Positions 22,530 to 31,395 of a stretch of 64,000 nucleotides of DNA are shown in pieces; the first letter of the stretch is position 1; each line of letters begins with the position of its first letter. The position numbers and the translations under genes are program-made. The DNA comes from an uncultured Pelagibacteraceae bacterium (GTDB lineage: Bacteria > Pseudomonadota > Alphaproteobacteria > Pelagibacterales > Pelagibacteraceae), in NCBI GenBank assembly GCA_902624315.1, contig CACNXC010000006.1:143-64142 (forward strand), given 5' to 3'. The notes below the pieces were generated by a model that made no database searches, was not told where the DNA came from, and was given only the letters and a program-made list of their open reading frames with translations.

Positions 22530-23705
22530 CTAAATTTTTTCTACACATAGCGCAATTCCCATACCGCCACCTATACAAAGTGCGGCACAACCTCTTTCTT
22601 TATTCTTTTTTTTCATCTCATGTATAAGTGTCACAAGTATTCTTGCTCCAGATGCACCTATTGGGTGACCTAAAGCAATAGCCCCACCATTTACATTAAC
22701 TTTGTTTTCATCAATACCCAATTCACTGATAACTGCTATAGCTTGAGCGGCAAAAGCCTCATTAATTTCAAATAAATCGATTTCATTTAAATTCCAATTT
22801 ACTTTTTTTGATGCTTGGCGGATAGCTTCTATAGGACCAAGACCCATTAAAGACGGTTCCAAACCAACAGATGCCCAGGAAATAATTTTGGCCAATGGTT
22901 TAAGAGAATTTTGTTGAGCTTCCTTAAATGTAGTTAATAATAAAGCAGCTGCTCCATCATTTATACCAGATGAGTTTCCGGGTGTCACAGTCCCATCATC
23001 TTTAAAAGCTGTTTTTAATTTTTCTAAATCAGATAATTTTAAATCTTTTCTTGGGTGTTCATCTTTTTTTAAAATAATACCTTTGTGATTTATCTGCACT
23101 ATTTCATCATCAAATTTATTATTTTCAATTGCAATTTCTGTTTTTTTTTGGGATTTAAGAGCAAATTCATCTTGTTGTTTTCTAGAAATATTAAACTTTT
23201 TTGCAACATTTTCAGCTGTAACTCCCATGTGGTAATTTTTAAAAGCATCAGTTAAACCATCGTGAATCATAGTATTGATTAATTGATCTTTTGAAATTTC
23301 TTTTTTCTCTGAATAAAAATAAGAGTAAGGTGTCATCGACATATTCTCTTGACCCCCACAAATTACATTATTTGCATCTCCTAATTTAATTTGTTGATAA
23401 CCTGAAATAATGGCTCTTAGTCCTGATCCACAAACTTGGTTTACTAAATAAGCAGGTTTGGATACAGGGATCCCAGCATTTACTGCTGCTTGTCTCGCGG
23501 GGTTCTGTCCTCCAGCGGCAGTCAAAACCTGGCCCATTATTACTTCATCAATTTGATTATTAGATATTTTACTTCTTTTCAAAACCTCATTTATCACGAT
23601 AGTACCAAGTTGATCTCCTTTCAAATCTTTTAATGATCCCTTATAAGTGCCTATAGGAGTCCTAACTGCACTACAAATGACCACGTCATCAGGTTTGTTG
23701 TTCAT
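22530..23705 (-). CDS. Acetyl-CoA C-acetyltransferase (thiolase II)
   Basis: Thiolase motifs are present (VNQVCGSGLRAI, NVNGGAIALGHPIGASGARI, ALCIGGGMG). The start is set at the internal ATG 23705-23703 (MNNKPDDVVICSAVRTPIG), which matches the usual thiolase N-terminus. Confidence 0.92.
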   Translation of the reverse strand: MNNKPDDVVICSAVRTPIGTYKGSLKDLKGDQLGTIVINEVLKRSKISNNQIDEVIMGQVLTAAGGQNPARQAAVNAGIPVSKPAYLVNQVCGSGLRAIISGYQQIKLGDANNVICGGQENMSMTPYSYFYSEKKEISKDQLINTMIHDGLTDAFKNYHMGVTAENVAKKFNISRKQQDEFALKSQKKTEIAIENNKFDDEIVQINHKGIILKKDEHPRKDLKLSDLEKLKTAFKDDGTVTPGNSSGINDGAAALLLTTFKEAQQNSLKPLAKIISWASVGLEPSLMGLGPIEAIRQASKKVNWNLNEIDLFEINEAFAAQAIAVISELGIDENKVNVNGGAIALGHPIGASGARILVTLIHEMKKKNKERGCAALCIGGGMGIALCVEKI

Positions 23706-23776
23706 AAATTTTAATTTTATCTTATCATTAAAATACACTAAATATTGATATACTATAAACAAATATATTTATAAAT

Positions 23777-23853
23777 GCGCCTGTAGCTCAATTGGATAGA
23801 GCGCTTGGCTACGGACCAGGAGGTTCTGGGTTCGACTCCTAGCAGGCGCACCA
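23777..23853 (+). tRNA. tRNA-Arg (anticodon ACG)
   Basis: A 77-nt cloverleaf folded by hand: acceptor GCGCCTG/CAGGCGC, D arm GCTC..GAGC, anticodon stem CTTGG/CCAGG with loop CTACGGA, T arm CTGGG-TTCGACT-CCTAG, and an encoded CCA. Confidence 0.92.
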
Positions 23854-23973
23854 TAAAAAAGAAAAATTATGTTAAAATGGTTAGAAAAAATATCTCTTCA
23901 AATGTCAGTAATATATTTTTTTGTTTCTATTTTTGTAATTATATTAATCTTAACTTTTGTATTATAAAAAATT

Positions 23974-24384
23974 ATGTCTAATCAATTTGAACAAATCAGT
24001 CTAAAACCAGGTTTTATGAAACATAACGGAGGCCTTTTATTTAGAAATATCTCTGAAAATGAATATGAATTTAAATCAACGATTAATAATAATCATTTAA
24101 ATGCTGCAGGAATTACTCATGGGGGTTATTTGTCTGCACTGATAGATGCCGGTGCCGGCACAGCAGCACATAGATCAGCTGATAATGCACCCTGCGTAAC
24201 AATTTCTTTAGATATAAAGTTTATTGGATCATCAAAAGTAAATGATGAAATCTACGGGAAAGTTAAAATATTAAAAAAAACAAAAACTCTTGTATTTTTA
24301 TTTTGTGAGTTAAATTGTAATGGTAAGATAATTACGTCAGCATCAGGAATTTGGAAAATTTTAAAAATCAAAACAACTGACTAA
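23974..24384 (+). CDS. PaaI-type hotdog-fold thioesterase
   Basis: 136 aa with the PaaI/4HBT-like signature (NAAGITHGGYLSALIDAGAGTAA). Confidence 0.75.
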   Translation: MSNQFEQISLKPGFMKHNGGLLFRNISENEYEFKSTINNNHLNAAGITHGGYLSALIDAGAGTAAHRSADNAPCVTISLDIKFIGSSKVNDEIYGKVKILKKTKTLVFLFCELNCNGKIITSASGIWKILKIKTTD

Positions 24385-24552
24385 GCATTCAGCACATAAT
24401 CTTTATAATTAATTTAATTATGTTAAGCTAAATTATTATTTAAAAAAAATGAGAACTTTTTATCTTCCGATTCGGTCATGTTTTAGTCTATTTTTGTTCT
24501 TTAACAACAACTACATCTGGTAGATAAAAATTAAGATATACCAAAGATAGAA

Positions 24553-27030
24553 ATGACAAAAAATAAAATTACAGCTGTCCTTGGCCCAACAAATACAGGT
24601 AAAACTCATCTTGCTATTGAGACTATGCTGTCGTTTGACACTGGGATGATAGGTTTTCCTTTGAGATTATTAGCTAGAGAAGTTTACGACAAGGTAATTA
24701 AAAAGGTAAGTTTAGATAAAGTTGCATTAATTACTGGTGAAGAAAAAATAATTCCTACAAATGCAAAGTATTATCTATGTACTGTTGAATCTATGCCTAT
24801 TGATAAAGAATTAGATTTTGTAGGTGTGGATGAAATTCAAATGTGCGCAGACCATGAACGAGGTCATATTTTTACAGACAGATTGTTGAACTTAAGAGGA
24901 ATAAAATTAACAATGTTAATGGGATCAAATACTATAAGGCCAATTATTTCTAATCTTGATGATGACATCGAATTTATAAATCGAACTAGACTTTCAAAAC
25001 TTTCTTATGTTGGTCATAAAAAAATTTCAAGAATTCAAAGAAAAACTGCAATTATAGCATTTTCTGCAGAGGAAGTTTACGCCATCGCTGAACTCATAAG
25101 AAGACAAAAAGGAGGAGCTTCAATTGTTATGGGATCACTAAGCCCAAAGACAAGGAATGCACAAGTAGAGCTATATCAATCCGGAGATGTTGATTTTCTA
25201 GTCGCAACCGATGCTATTGGTATGGGAATTAATATGGATCTTGATCACGTTTATTTTTCCAATTTGAAAAAATTTGATGGAAAAAAATTAAGAAAGCTAA
25301 ATTTAGCAGAAATTGGACAAATAGCTGGTAGAGCAGGAAGATATTTGAATAATGGAAATTTTGGTATAACAGGAGAATGCAAAGAAATAAATGCTGATGA
25401 AGTAGATTTATTGGAAAATCATAAATTTGAGGAAATCCAATCTTTATTTTGGAGAAATTCAAATTTAAACTTTGAGAGTCCTTTTAAATTATTAAAGTCT
25501 TTAGAAGAAAAGCCTAATAGAAGATGGTTAAGAAAAATACATGAGTGTGAAGATGAAAAAGCCTTAAAATTTTTTTTAAGAGATAAAAATTTGGAAAATA
25601 TAAAATTTGATAAAGAGAAATTAAGTCTTTTATGGGAATGTTGCCAAATACCAGATTTTGTTAAAAAAGCCTATGGCAATCACTATGAAGTGATTGAAAA
25701 TGTTTTTAAATATTTAACAAGTGAAAAGGGTAAAATTACAGATGATTATATGCGACTTCAACTCGTCAAACTTGATAAATTAGATGGAAATGTAGATTCT
25801 TTATCAAATAGAATTGCAAATGTAAGAACTTGGTCATATGTTTCAAATAAAAATAATTGGATAGAAAATCAAAACTATTGGATAGAAAAAACAAAACACT
25901 TAGAGGATAAGTTATCAGATAGATTACATGAGGAGCTTACAAAAACTTTTATTGACAAAAGGGCAAGTGTCCTAGCAAGAGGCTTAAAGCAAGATATGGA
26001 ATTTGATACTAAAATTTTAGAAAATAGCGAAGTAATGATTGATGATCAATTTATTGGAAAGATAAATGGACTTAAATTAGAACTAGATTTAAAAAAGGGT
26101 GCTTTAGAAACAGATATCAAATCGCTCAAAAAAGCAGCAAGACAGACAGTTGGTCCAGAACTTCAAAAAAGAATAGATACAATAATCGAGACAGGTTTAA
26201 TAGAACTAAACGAGGATTTTAAAATTTATTGGAGAAAGTCTCCAATAGCAAAATTGCAACCAGGTAGAGACTATTTAAATCCAAATATTGTTCTTATAGT
26301 TGATGATATTCTGGAAACAGATCAATTAAAAAAATTAAATAATTATTTAGTGAAATGGCTAAAAAATAAAATACAAAATGTTTTGAGCAGTTTAATTGAT
26401 TTGAGAAACCTTAAAGAAAAAAATTCATCAATTAAAGCTCTTGCATATCAATTGTATGAGAACAATGGAGTACTTCAAAGAAATCAAGTTACAGATTATC
26501 TAAAAATATTAGGACAAAATGAGCGGAAATTTTTGAGAGATCAAGGAGTAAAATTTGGAAGATATCATGTATTTTTACATAAATTAATCAAACCAGATGC
26601 TGTATCCCTAAGAACTTTACTTTGGAAAAATTATCATCAAAAATATTTTAATTTAAAACCTCCTGTGTATGGTTTAAATTTTTTAGAAAATGACAAGATT
26701 AAAAATAGAAATTTTATGTTACTTTGCGGATTTGAGAAATTTAACAATTTTTATGTAAGGATTGATATTTTAGAGAGATTATTTGTTCAAATTATTAATT
26801 CAAATTCAGAAAAAAATGAAATTAAGTTAATTCCTGAAATGTTAAATTTACTTGGATGTAACAAGGACAACTTTAAAAAGCTGTTAAAAATTATGGGTTA
26901 TAAAGTTTTTGAAAAAAATAATGATATATTTTTTAAATACAATCCTCGAAAGAACTCAAAAAAAGTAAGTGAAAAATTCGTTAAAGAAAGTCCTTTCAAA
27001 GTGCTAAAAAATTTAAATTTAAACCAGTAA
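24553..27030 (+). CDS. Suv3-like superfamily-2 ATP-dependent helicase with long C-terminal extension
   Basis: 825 aa with Walker A GPTNTGKTH, motif II VDEIQM, a helicase C region (DFLVATDAIGMGINMD) and motif VI GQIAGRAGR. The core resembles mitochondrial Suv3-type RNA helicases. Confidence 0.8.
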   Translation: MTKNKITAVLGPTNTGKTHLAIETMLSFDTGMIGFPLRLLAREVYDKVIKKVSLDKVALITGEEKIIPTNAKYYLCTVESMPIDKELDFVGVDEIQMCADHERGHIFTDRLLNLRGIKLTMLMGSNTIRPIISNLDDDIEFINRTRLSKLSYVGHKKISRIQRKTAIIAFSAEEVYAIAELIRRQKGGASIVMGSLSPKTRNAQVELYQSGDVDFLVATDAIGMGINMDLDHVYFSNLKKFDGKKLRKLNLAEIGQIAGRAGRYLNNGNFGITGECKEINADEVDLLENHKFEEIQSLFWRNSNLNFESPFKLLKSLEEKPNRRWLRKIHECEDEKALKFFLRDKNLENIKFDKEKLSLLWECCQIPDFVKKAYGNHYEVIENVFKYLTSEKGKITDDYMRLQLVKLDKLDGNVDSLSNRIANVRTWSYVSNKNNWIENQNYWIEKTKHLEDKLSDRLHEELTKTFIDKRASVLARGLKQDMEFDTKILENSEVMIDDQFIGKINGLKLELDLKKGALETDIKSLKKAARQTVGPELQKRIDTIIETGLIELNEDFKIYWRKSPIAKLQPGRDYLNPNIVLIVDDILETDQLKKLNNYLVKWLKNKIQNVLSSLIDLRNLKEKNSSIKALAYQLYENNGVLQRNQVTDYLKILGQNERKFLRDQGVKFGRYHVFLHKLIKPDAVSLRTLLWKNYHQKYFNLKPPVYGLNFLENDKIKNRNFMLLCGFEKFNNFYVRIDILERLFVQIINSNSEKNEIKLIPEMLNLLGCNKDNFKKLLKIMGYKVFEKNNDIFFKYNPRKNSKKVSEKFVKESPFKVLKNLNLNQ

Positions 27031-27033
27031 GTA

Positions 27034-27447
27034 ATGTTTTTTAAAGAAAAAAAAGGAGATAATAAAAATAGTGATTTAGCAAGAGTTGCGGCATTATTGA
27101 TACATGCCGCAAAAATTGATGAGAACTTCTCAAAAGACGAAGAGATTATAATAAGTAAGGCACTTTTGAAAATAGGTGCAGACCAAAATAATTTAGAAAA
27201 TATTTTAAAAGAAGGTAAAGAAATAGAGGAAAACTCTAACCAAATTTTGGATTTTACAAGGGAAGTTAAAAATATGGATGATAAAAAAAAAATTAAAATT
27301 ATAGAAACCCTTTGGAGAATAATTTACTCAAATAAAGAAGCAGATATGTTTGAAACTAATTTGATGAGACGACTTGCAGGCTTATTGTATATTGACAATA
27401 AGATCATGGGAGATATCAAAGAAAAAATCAAAAAAGAAAATCAATAA
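27034..27447 (+). CDS. TerB-like (tellurite-resistance TerB / DjlA N-domain family) protein
   Basis: 137 aa with the helical TerB-type pattern ([19 protein letters not shown] ... [26 protein letters not shown]). Confidence 0.6.
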   Translation: MFFKEKKGDNKNSDLARVAALLIHAAKIDENFSKDEEIIISKALLKIGADQNNLENILKEGKEIEENSNQILDFTREVKNMDDKKKIKIIETLWRIIYSNKEADMFETNLMRRLAGLLYIDNKIMGDIKEKIKKENQ

Positions 27448-27773
27448 TGACATATATAGTTAATGACAAATGCATTAAATGTAAGTTAATGGACTGTGTT
27501 GAAGTTTGCCCTGTGGATTGTTTCTATGAAGGAAAAAATATGCTTGTAATTAAACCTGATGAGTGTATAGATTGTGGCGTTTGTGAGCCTGAGTGTCCTG
27601 TTGATGCAATAAAAGCTGATACAGAACCAGGGTCTGAAAAATGGCTAGAAATCAATAAACAATATTCCGAAATCTGGCCGAATATAACAGCTAAGAAAGA
27701 TCCTCCATCGGATCATGAAAAATATAAAGATGAGCAAAATAAGTTTGAAAAGTATTTTAAAGAAAACCTTTAA
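27447..27773 (+). CDS. fdxA: 7Fe ferredoxin (FdxA type)
   Basis: 108 aa starting [29 protein letters not shown] ... [16 protein letters not shown], the classic 3Fe-4S plus 4Fe-4S cysteine pattern. Confidence 0.93.
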   Translation: MTYIVNDKCIKCKLMDCVEVCPVDCFYEGKNMLVIKPDECIDCGVCEPECPVDAIKADTEPGSEKWLEINKQYSEIWPNITAKKDPPSDHEKYKDEQNKFEKYFKENL

Positions 27774-28602
27774 AAAAAGTAAAGCTACTAAATCAAAAAA
27801 AAAGGCAAAAACCAAAAAGGTTGTAAAATTAAAAAAAGTAAAAAAGAAGATTAATAAATTACCAAAAAAATTAATTAGGACTAAAAAAATACCTTTAAAA
27901 AAATCTATAAAATCTGAAGCCAAAACTACAGAACAGAAAAGTGATGGTTTAAGAATTACAAAAAATAATGAGGCTAAACCAGAAATTAAAAAAGTAAAAA
28001 AACAAGAAACAGAAAAAAGAGAATATAAGATCAAAGATTACGTTGTATACCCAAAACACGGTGTTGGGCAAATTACTGAATTCAAAAAAATAAATATTGG
28101 AGGAATAGACGTTGAAACTTACGTTATAAAATTTGAAAAAGATAAAGCTAATGGAATGGTGCCTGTTAACAAACAATTACACTTAAGACCATTGGCTACT
28201 ATCAATCAGGTAAATAAATGTATTTCAATATTAAAAAGTAAGCCTAAAATAAAAAGATCTATGTGGAGTAGGAGAGCACAAGAATATGAAGCAAAGATTT
28301 CATCAGGTAAGATTTATGAGCTAGCTGAAGTAGTAAGAGACCTTAACAAGGGGGATGATTTGATGGTCGACCAATCTTATAGTGAAAGACAATTGTTTGA
28401 AAAAGCATATGAAAGAATCCTTTCAGAATTTCAAATAATTCTAAATCTGTCATTAGAGGATACTCAAAAAAAATTAGATAAAGCTTTAAAAAGAAATTTA
28501 AATACTCAACCTAAACCAGAGGCAGCACCAATAAAGCAAGCTTCATCAGATTTACCTGAAGAAGAGGCTGTTTCAGAAAATGAAGAAGATATAGAGGAAT
28601 AA
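27715..28602 (+). CDS. carD: CarD/CdnL-family RNA polymerase-binding regulator with lysine-rich N-terminal extension and acidic tail
   Basis: The CarD_CdnL_TRCF core is present ([15 protein letters not shown] ... MVPVNK ... [26 protein letters not shown] ... [11 protein letters not shown]). The only in-frame ATGs upstream of the core are at 27715 and 27730, and there are no in-frame GTG or TTG codons. About 100 K-rich residues therefore precede the core. The 5' end overlaps fdxA by 44-59 nt. Confidence 0.85.
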   Translation: MKNIKMSKISLKSILKKTFKKSKATKSKKKAKTKKVVKLKKVKKKINKLPKKLIRTKKIPLKKSIKSEAKTTEQKSDGLRITKNNEAKPEIKKVKKQETEKREYKIKDYVVYPKHGVGQITEFKKINIGGIDVETYVIKFEKDKANGMVPVNKQLHLRPLATINQVNKCISILKSKPKIKRSMWSRRAQEYEAKISSGKIYELAEVVRDLNKGDDLMVDQSYSERQLFEKAYERILSEFQIILNLSLEDTQKKLDKALKRNLNTQPKPEAAPIKQASSDLPEEEAVSENEEDIEE

Positions 28603-28645
28603 AAAAAACGCCTCTCACACGTAAATCGTTATGAGAAGCGTTTTT
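28603..28645. terminator. Bidirectional rho-independent terminator between carD and the small basic ORF
   Basis: An A-tract is followed by the hairpin ACGCCTCTCA...TGAGAAGCGT (9 of 10 bp, plus an inner ACG/CGT extension) and then TTTTT. On the opposite strand the same hairpin is followed by a T-run. Confidence 0.7.
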
Positions 28646-28664
28646 AATAAAGAATACTAAGTAA

Positions 28665-28742
28665 TTATCTTCTTCTTCTTTTCTTAGCTTTTTTCTTAGC
28701 TTTTTTCTTAGCCTTCTTTGCTTTTTTTCTTCTCTTAGGCAT
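28665..28742 (-). CDS. 25-aa polycationic peptide MPKRRKKAKKAKKKAKKKAKKRRRR (hypothetical)
   Basis: Hand-translated and below the ORF-track size cutoff. GGGAG (28753-28749) lies 6 nt upstream of the ATG. A sigma70-like promoter lies upstream and a terminator lies downstream. Confidence 0.5.
   Translation of the reverse strand: MPKRRKKAKKAKKKAKKKAKKRRRR
28681..28713. repeat. 12-nt tandem repeat (TTCTTAGCTTTT x about 2.75) inside the small basic ORF
   Basis: Read directly: ttcttagctttt ttcttagctttt ttcttagcc. It encodes AKKK units on the minus strand. Confidence 0.85.
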
Positions 28743-28793
28743 CTTTAGCTCCCTTTTTTAAGTTAAACGAATCAATTGATTCGCTGTTAGTCT

Positions 28794-28823
28794 ATTTTTA
28801 TTTTTTTATGTGCCTTATGTCAA
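28794..28823 (-). promoter_or_regulatory. Putative sigma70-type promoter of the small basic ORF
   Basis: The minus strand reads TTGACA (28823-28818), a 17-nt spacer, then TAAAAA(T) (28800-28794). The predicted leader contains the perfect palindrome CGAATCAATTGATTCG (28768-28783). Confidence 0.4.
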
Positions 28824-28944
28824 ATCTTAAATTTTAAAGAAAATTTTTAAAATAAAATTAAAATAAAAATTTTTTTTTAAAAAAATTTAAATTGTAAAAA
28901 AGTTAGTGTTTATGCGCTTAATAATCAAATATTTTGTAAAAAAA

Positions 28945-30642
28945 TTAATAAAGTTTTTCTAAATCTTCTTTATATTTTTCTAAAATTTTTTTTCTTTTGA
29001 GTTTTAAAGTTGGTGTTAACATTCCATTTTCAATTGTAAATTCTTCATTAATTAATTTTATTTTTTTTACTCTTTCAACAAGAGACAAGTTTTTATTTAG
29101 ATCATCTATATATAATTCAATTTCTTTTTTATTTTTTTCACTATCACTTACAATTAGAGCAACTAAATAAGTTTTTTTGTCTCCATAAACAAAACTTTGT
29201 TTAATTTTGTCGTCAAGACACAATAAATTTTCAATTTTTGAGGGTGAAATGTTATCACCACCAGAATTTACAATAATTTCTTTTTTTCTGTCAGTAATTT
29301 TCAAATTTCCCTCTTTTGTAATTTCACCTATATCTCCTGTGTGTAACCAGCCATTTTTAAGTATATCGTCTGTTTCTTTTTTCATGTTCCAGTAACCAAG
29401 CATTACATTTTCGCCTTTGACCAGAATTTCACCGTCCTGTGCAATCTTCACCTCATTAGTTTTAAAAGGAGGTCCAACTGTATCAATCTTGATTTTTTCA
29501 GGTATATTGCAACTTACTACTGGGGATGCCTCTGTAAGGCCATAACCTTGTAAAGTTGGCAGTCCGATTGAATTCAAAAATTCACCAATTTTTTGATCTA
29601 AAGCACCCCCTCCAGAAACAAAAGCCTTTAAATTTCCACCAAACTGATTTTTGATTTTTCGTCTTACTAATTTTTCACATAAATAATTTAAAATTTTTTC
29701 TCTAAAGCTCATATTCTCATTATTCAGTTTTTTAATTCCAAGCAAAATTGTTGAAGATATTAATTGTTTCTTCAAACCTGTTTGTTTTGAAAAATTAATT
29801 GAAATCTTACTGTACAAATTTTGATAAAATCTAGGCACAGCAGTCATTATAGTTGGTTTAGCAACTGCCATATTAGATAATAATTTTTCTAAACTTTCAG
29901 CATAATAAATTTTTGCTCCTAATGTGATTTGAACAAATTGAACAGCATGTTCATATGAATGAGATAAAGGTAACCAGGTCAAAAAAACTGATTCACTATC
30001 TTTGACTAACAAATTCAAAATTTCTTGCGCACCCTCACAATTTGATAAAATACCTCCGTGACTCAGCATTACACCTTTTGGGTTACCAGTTGTTCCAGAT
30101 GTGTAAATGATGCAAGCGAGATCTTTTCTTTCAATATTTTGGTTAAAGCTTAAATGATCTAAAGTTTTTTCTTTAGAAAATCTTTCAAGAATATTTTCTA
30201 TACTATCAATTTGATCATTAATATTTTCTATTGATAAAACTTTTATTTTATCTGAAATGAATTTATCTATTTTTTTTAATTGAATATTATTTGAAACAAT
30301 ACAAATTTTTGGATTACAATCATTAATGATATATTCATAATCTTTCTCAGAATAAGTCGTAAATAAAGGAACTGTTACCCCACCAGCGTTCATTATGGCT
30401 ATATCAGAAATAAGCCATTCAGGTCGATTTTCAGATAATAAAATGCATCTATCACCTTTAGACAAATTTTTTCTTAAATATTCAGATAAAATTTGAATAT
30501 TTCCTTCAACTTGTTTCCAAGTTATAAAATCTTTTTTATTATCCTTTAACCACTTTAAAAATGGTTTATTAGAAGTAGACTTAAACTCTTCACACTTCGT
30601 GAAAAAAAGTTCTACTAAACTGTTAATTTTACTTAATTCCAT
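28945..30642 (-). CDS. Long-chain acyl-CoA synthetase (AMP-forming, FadD-like)
   Basis: 565 aa with the AMP-binding motif IYTSGTTGNPKGVMLSH and downstream GYGLTE and GWLHTGDIG motifs. Confidence 0.88.
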   Translation of the reverse strand: MELSKINSLVELFFTKCEEFKSTSNKPFLKWLKDNKKDFITWKQVEGNIQILSEYLRKNLSKGDRCILLSENRPEWLISDIAIMNAGGVTVPLFTTYSEKDYEYIINDCNPKICIVSNNIQLKKIDKFISDKIKVLSIENINDQIDSIENILERFSKEKTLDHLSFNQNIERKDLACIIYTSGTTGNPKGVMLSHGGILSNCEGAQEILNLLVKDSESVFLTWLPLSHSYEHAVQFVQITLGAKIYYAESLEKLLSNMAVAKPTIMTAVPRFYQNLYSKISINFSKQTGLKKQLISSTILLGIKKLNNENMSFREKILNYLCEKLVRRKIKNQFGGNLKAFVSGGGALDQKIGEFLNSIGLPTLQGYGLTEASPVVSCNIPEKIKIDTVGPPFKTNEVKIAQDGEILVKGENVMLGYWNMKKETDDILKNGWLHTGDIGEITKEGNLKITDRKKEIIVNSGGDNISPSKIENLLCLDDKIKQSFVYGDKKTYLVALIVSDSEKNKKEIELYIDDLNKNLSLVERVKKIKLINEEFTIENGMLTPTLKLKRKKILEKYKEDLEKLY

Positions 30643-30646
30643 AATT

Positions 30647-30731
30647 TGGTGGGCGAAGAGAGAATCGAACTCTCACTTCTTGCGAAACACGATTTTGAGT
30701 CGTGCGCGTCTACCAGTTCCGCCATTCGCCC
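30647..30731 (-). tRNA. tRNA-Leu (anticodon CAA)
   Basis: An 85-nt class II tRNA folded by hand: acceptor GGGCGAA/TTCGCCC, anticodon stem CACGA/TCGTG with loop CTCAAAA, a long variable arm (TTTCGCAAGAAGT), T arm GAGAG-TTCGATT-CTCTC, and an encoded CCA. Confidence 0.92.
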
Positions 30732-30789
30732 TAGTTATTTAATAATTTATTAAATAGTATAAGAACTAAAATTATATTAAAACCAAAAA

Positions 30790-31395
30790 ATGTTTAAAAG
30801 TCTTTACAAAAAATGTTTAGATTTAGCAGCTCACAAAAGTTCTAAATATTATTTGGCACTAGTCTCTTTTATTGAAAGTTCGTTTTTTCCTATTCCGCCA
30901 GATGTAATGGTTATTCCAATGGTAATATCAAAAAAAAATGATTTTATTAAAATCTTTCTTATAACTACAATTTTTTCAGTTTTGGGTGGTATGTTAGGTT
31001 ACTTAATTGGTGGGTTCTTTTTTGAATTTGGAGCAAACATTATGAGTTTTTATGGTTATGAGGATAAATTATCAAAGATAAAAGAAAACTTAGTTAATAG
31101 TGATGGTTTTTATGCTTGGTTAGGAGTACTTTTTTTAGCTGGTTTTACTCCTCTTCCATATAAAGTTTTTACAATTGCAAGCGGCCTGATAGGATTTAAT
31201 TTTTTAATTTTTGTTTTAATAAGTTTAATTTCTCGAGGATTGAGATTTTTTTTAGTATCATACCTTTCTTATAAGTTCGGTGATTTATTCAATGATTATA
31301 TGGATAAGTATGGGTCAAAATGGTTTACAATAATTGGGATATTAATTGTTATTATCGGCTTAATAATTTACCTAATTTTTAAGTCTCATGTTTGA
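30790..31395 (+). CDS. DedA/YqaA-family membrane protein
   Basis: 201-aa multi-TM protein with the N-terminal motif SFIESSFFPIPPDVMVIPM typical of the YqaA/SNARE-associated family. Confidence 0.75.
   Translation: MFKSLYKKCLDLAAHKSSKYYLALVSFIESSFFPIPPDVMVIPMVISKKNDFIKIFLITTIFSVLGGMLGYLIGGFFFEFGANIMSFYGYEDKLSKIKENLVNSDGFYAWLGVLFLAGFTPLPYKVFTIASGLIGFNFLIFVLISLISRGLRFFLVSYLSYKFGDLFNDYMDKYGSKWFTIIGILIVIIGLIIYLIFKSHV

Noticed and set aside
22417-22533. 38-codon plus-strand ORF (MIKKLLNIFIQPKFNTYKDANVWIQKILLEEKYGKINS) in the thiolase/aceE spacer. A TGTGGATCC DnaA-box-like word lies there at 22482-22490.
   Set aside because: It has no SD or promoter signals, is oriented against both flanking transcription units, and its stop overlaps the thiolase stop. 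A single degenerate box is expected by chance. I kept it only as a note.
24553-27447. Helicase plus TerB-like pair as a possible defence module
   Set aside because: The helicase is Suv3-like. It sits in a helicase-fdxA-carD neighbourhood that is plausibly conserved housekeeping context in alphaproteobacteria (from memory, unchecked). There is no nuclease, methylase or other defence partner, and there are no mobile-element flanks.
27645-28176. Minus-strand ORFs 27645-28034 (129 aa) and 27949-28176 (75 aa), very Phe-rich
   Set aside because: They are the antisense reading of the AAA/AAG-rich (Lys) stretch of carD and the fdxA 3' end. TTT/CTT codons are an automatic mirror artefact.
28681-28713. 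Tandem repeats checked as a possible CRISPR or minisatellite
   Set aside because: There are only about 2.75 copies of a 12-mer with no spacers, and they lie inside the small basic ORF. This is not a CRISPR array.
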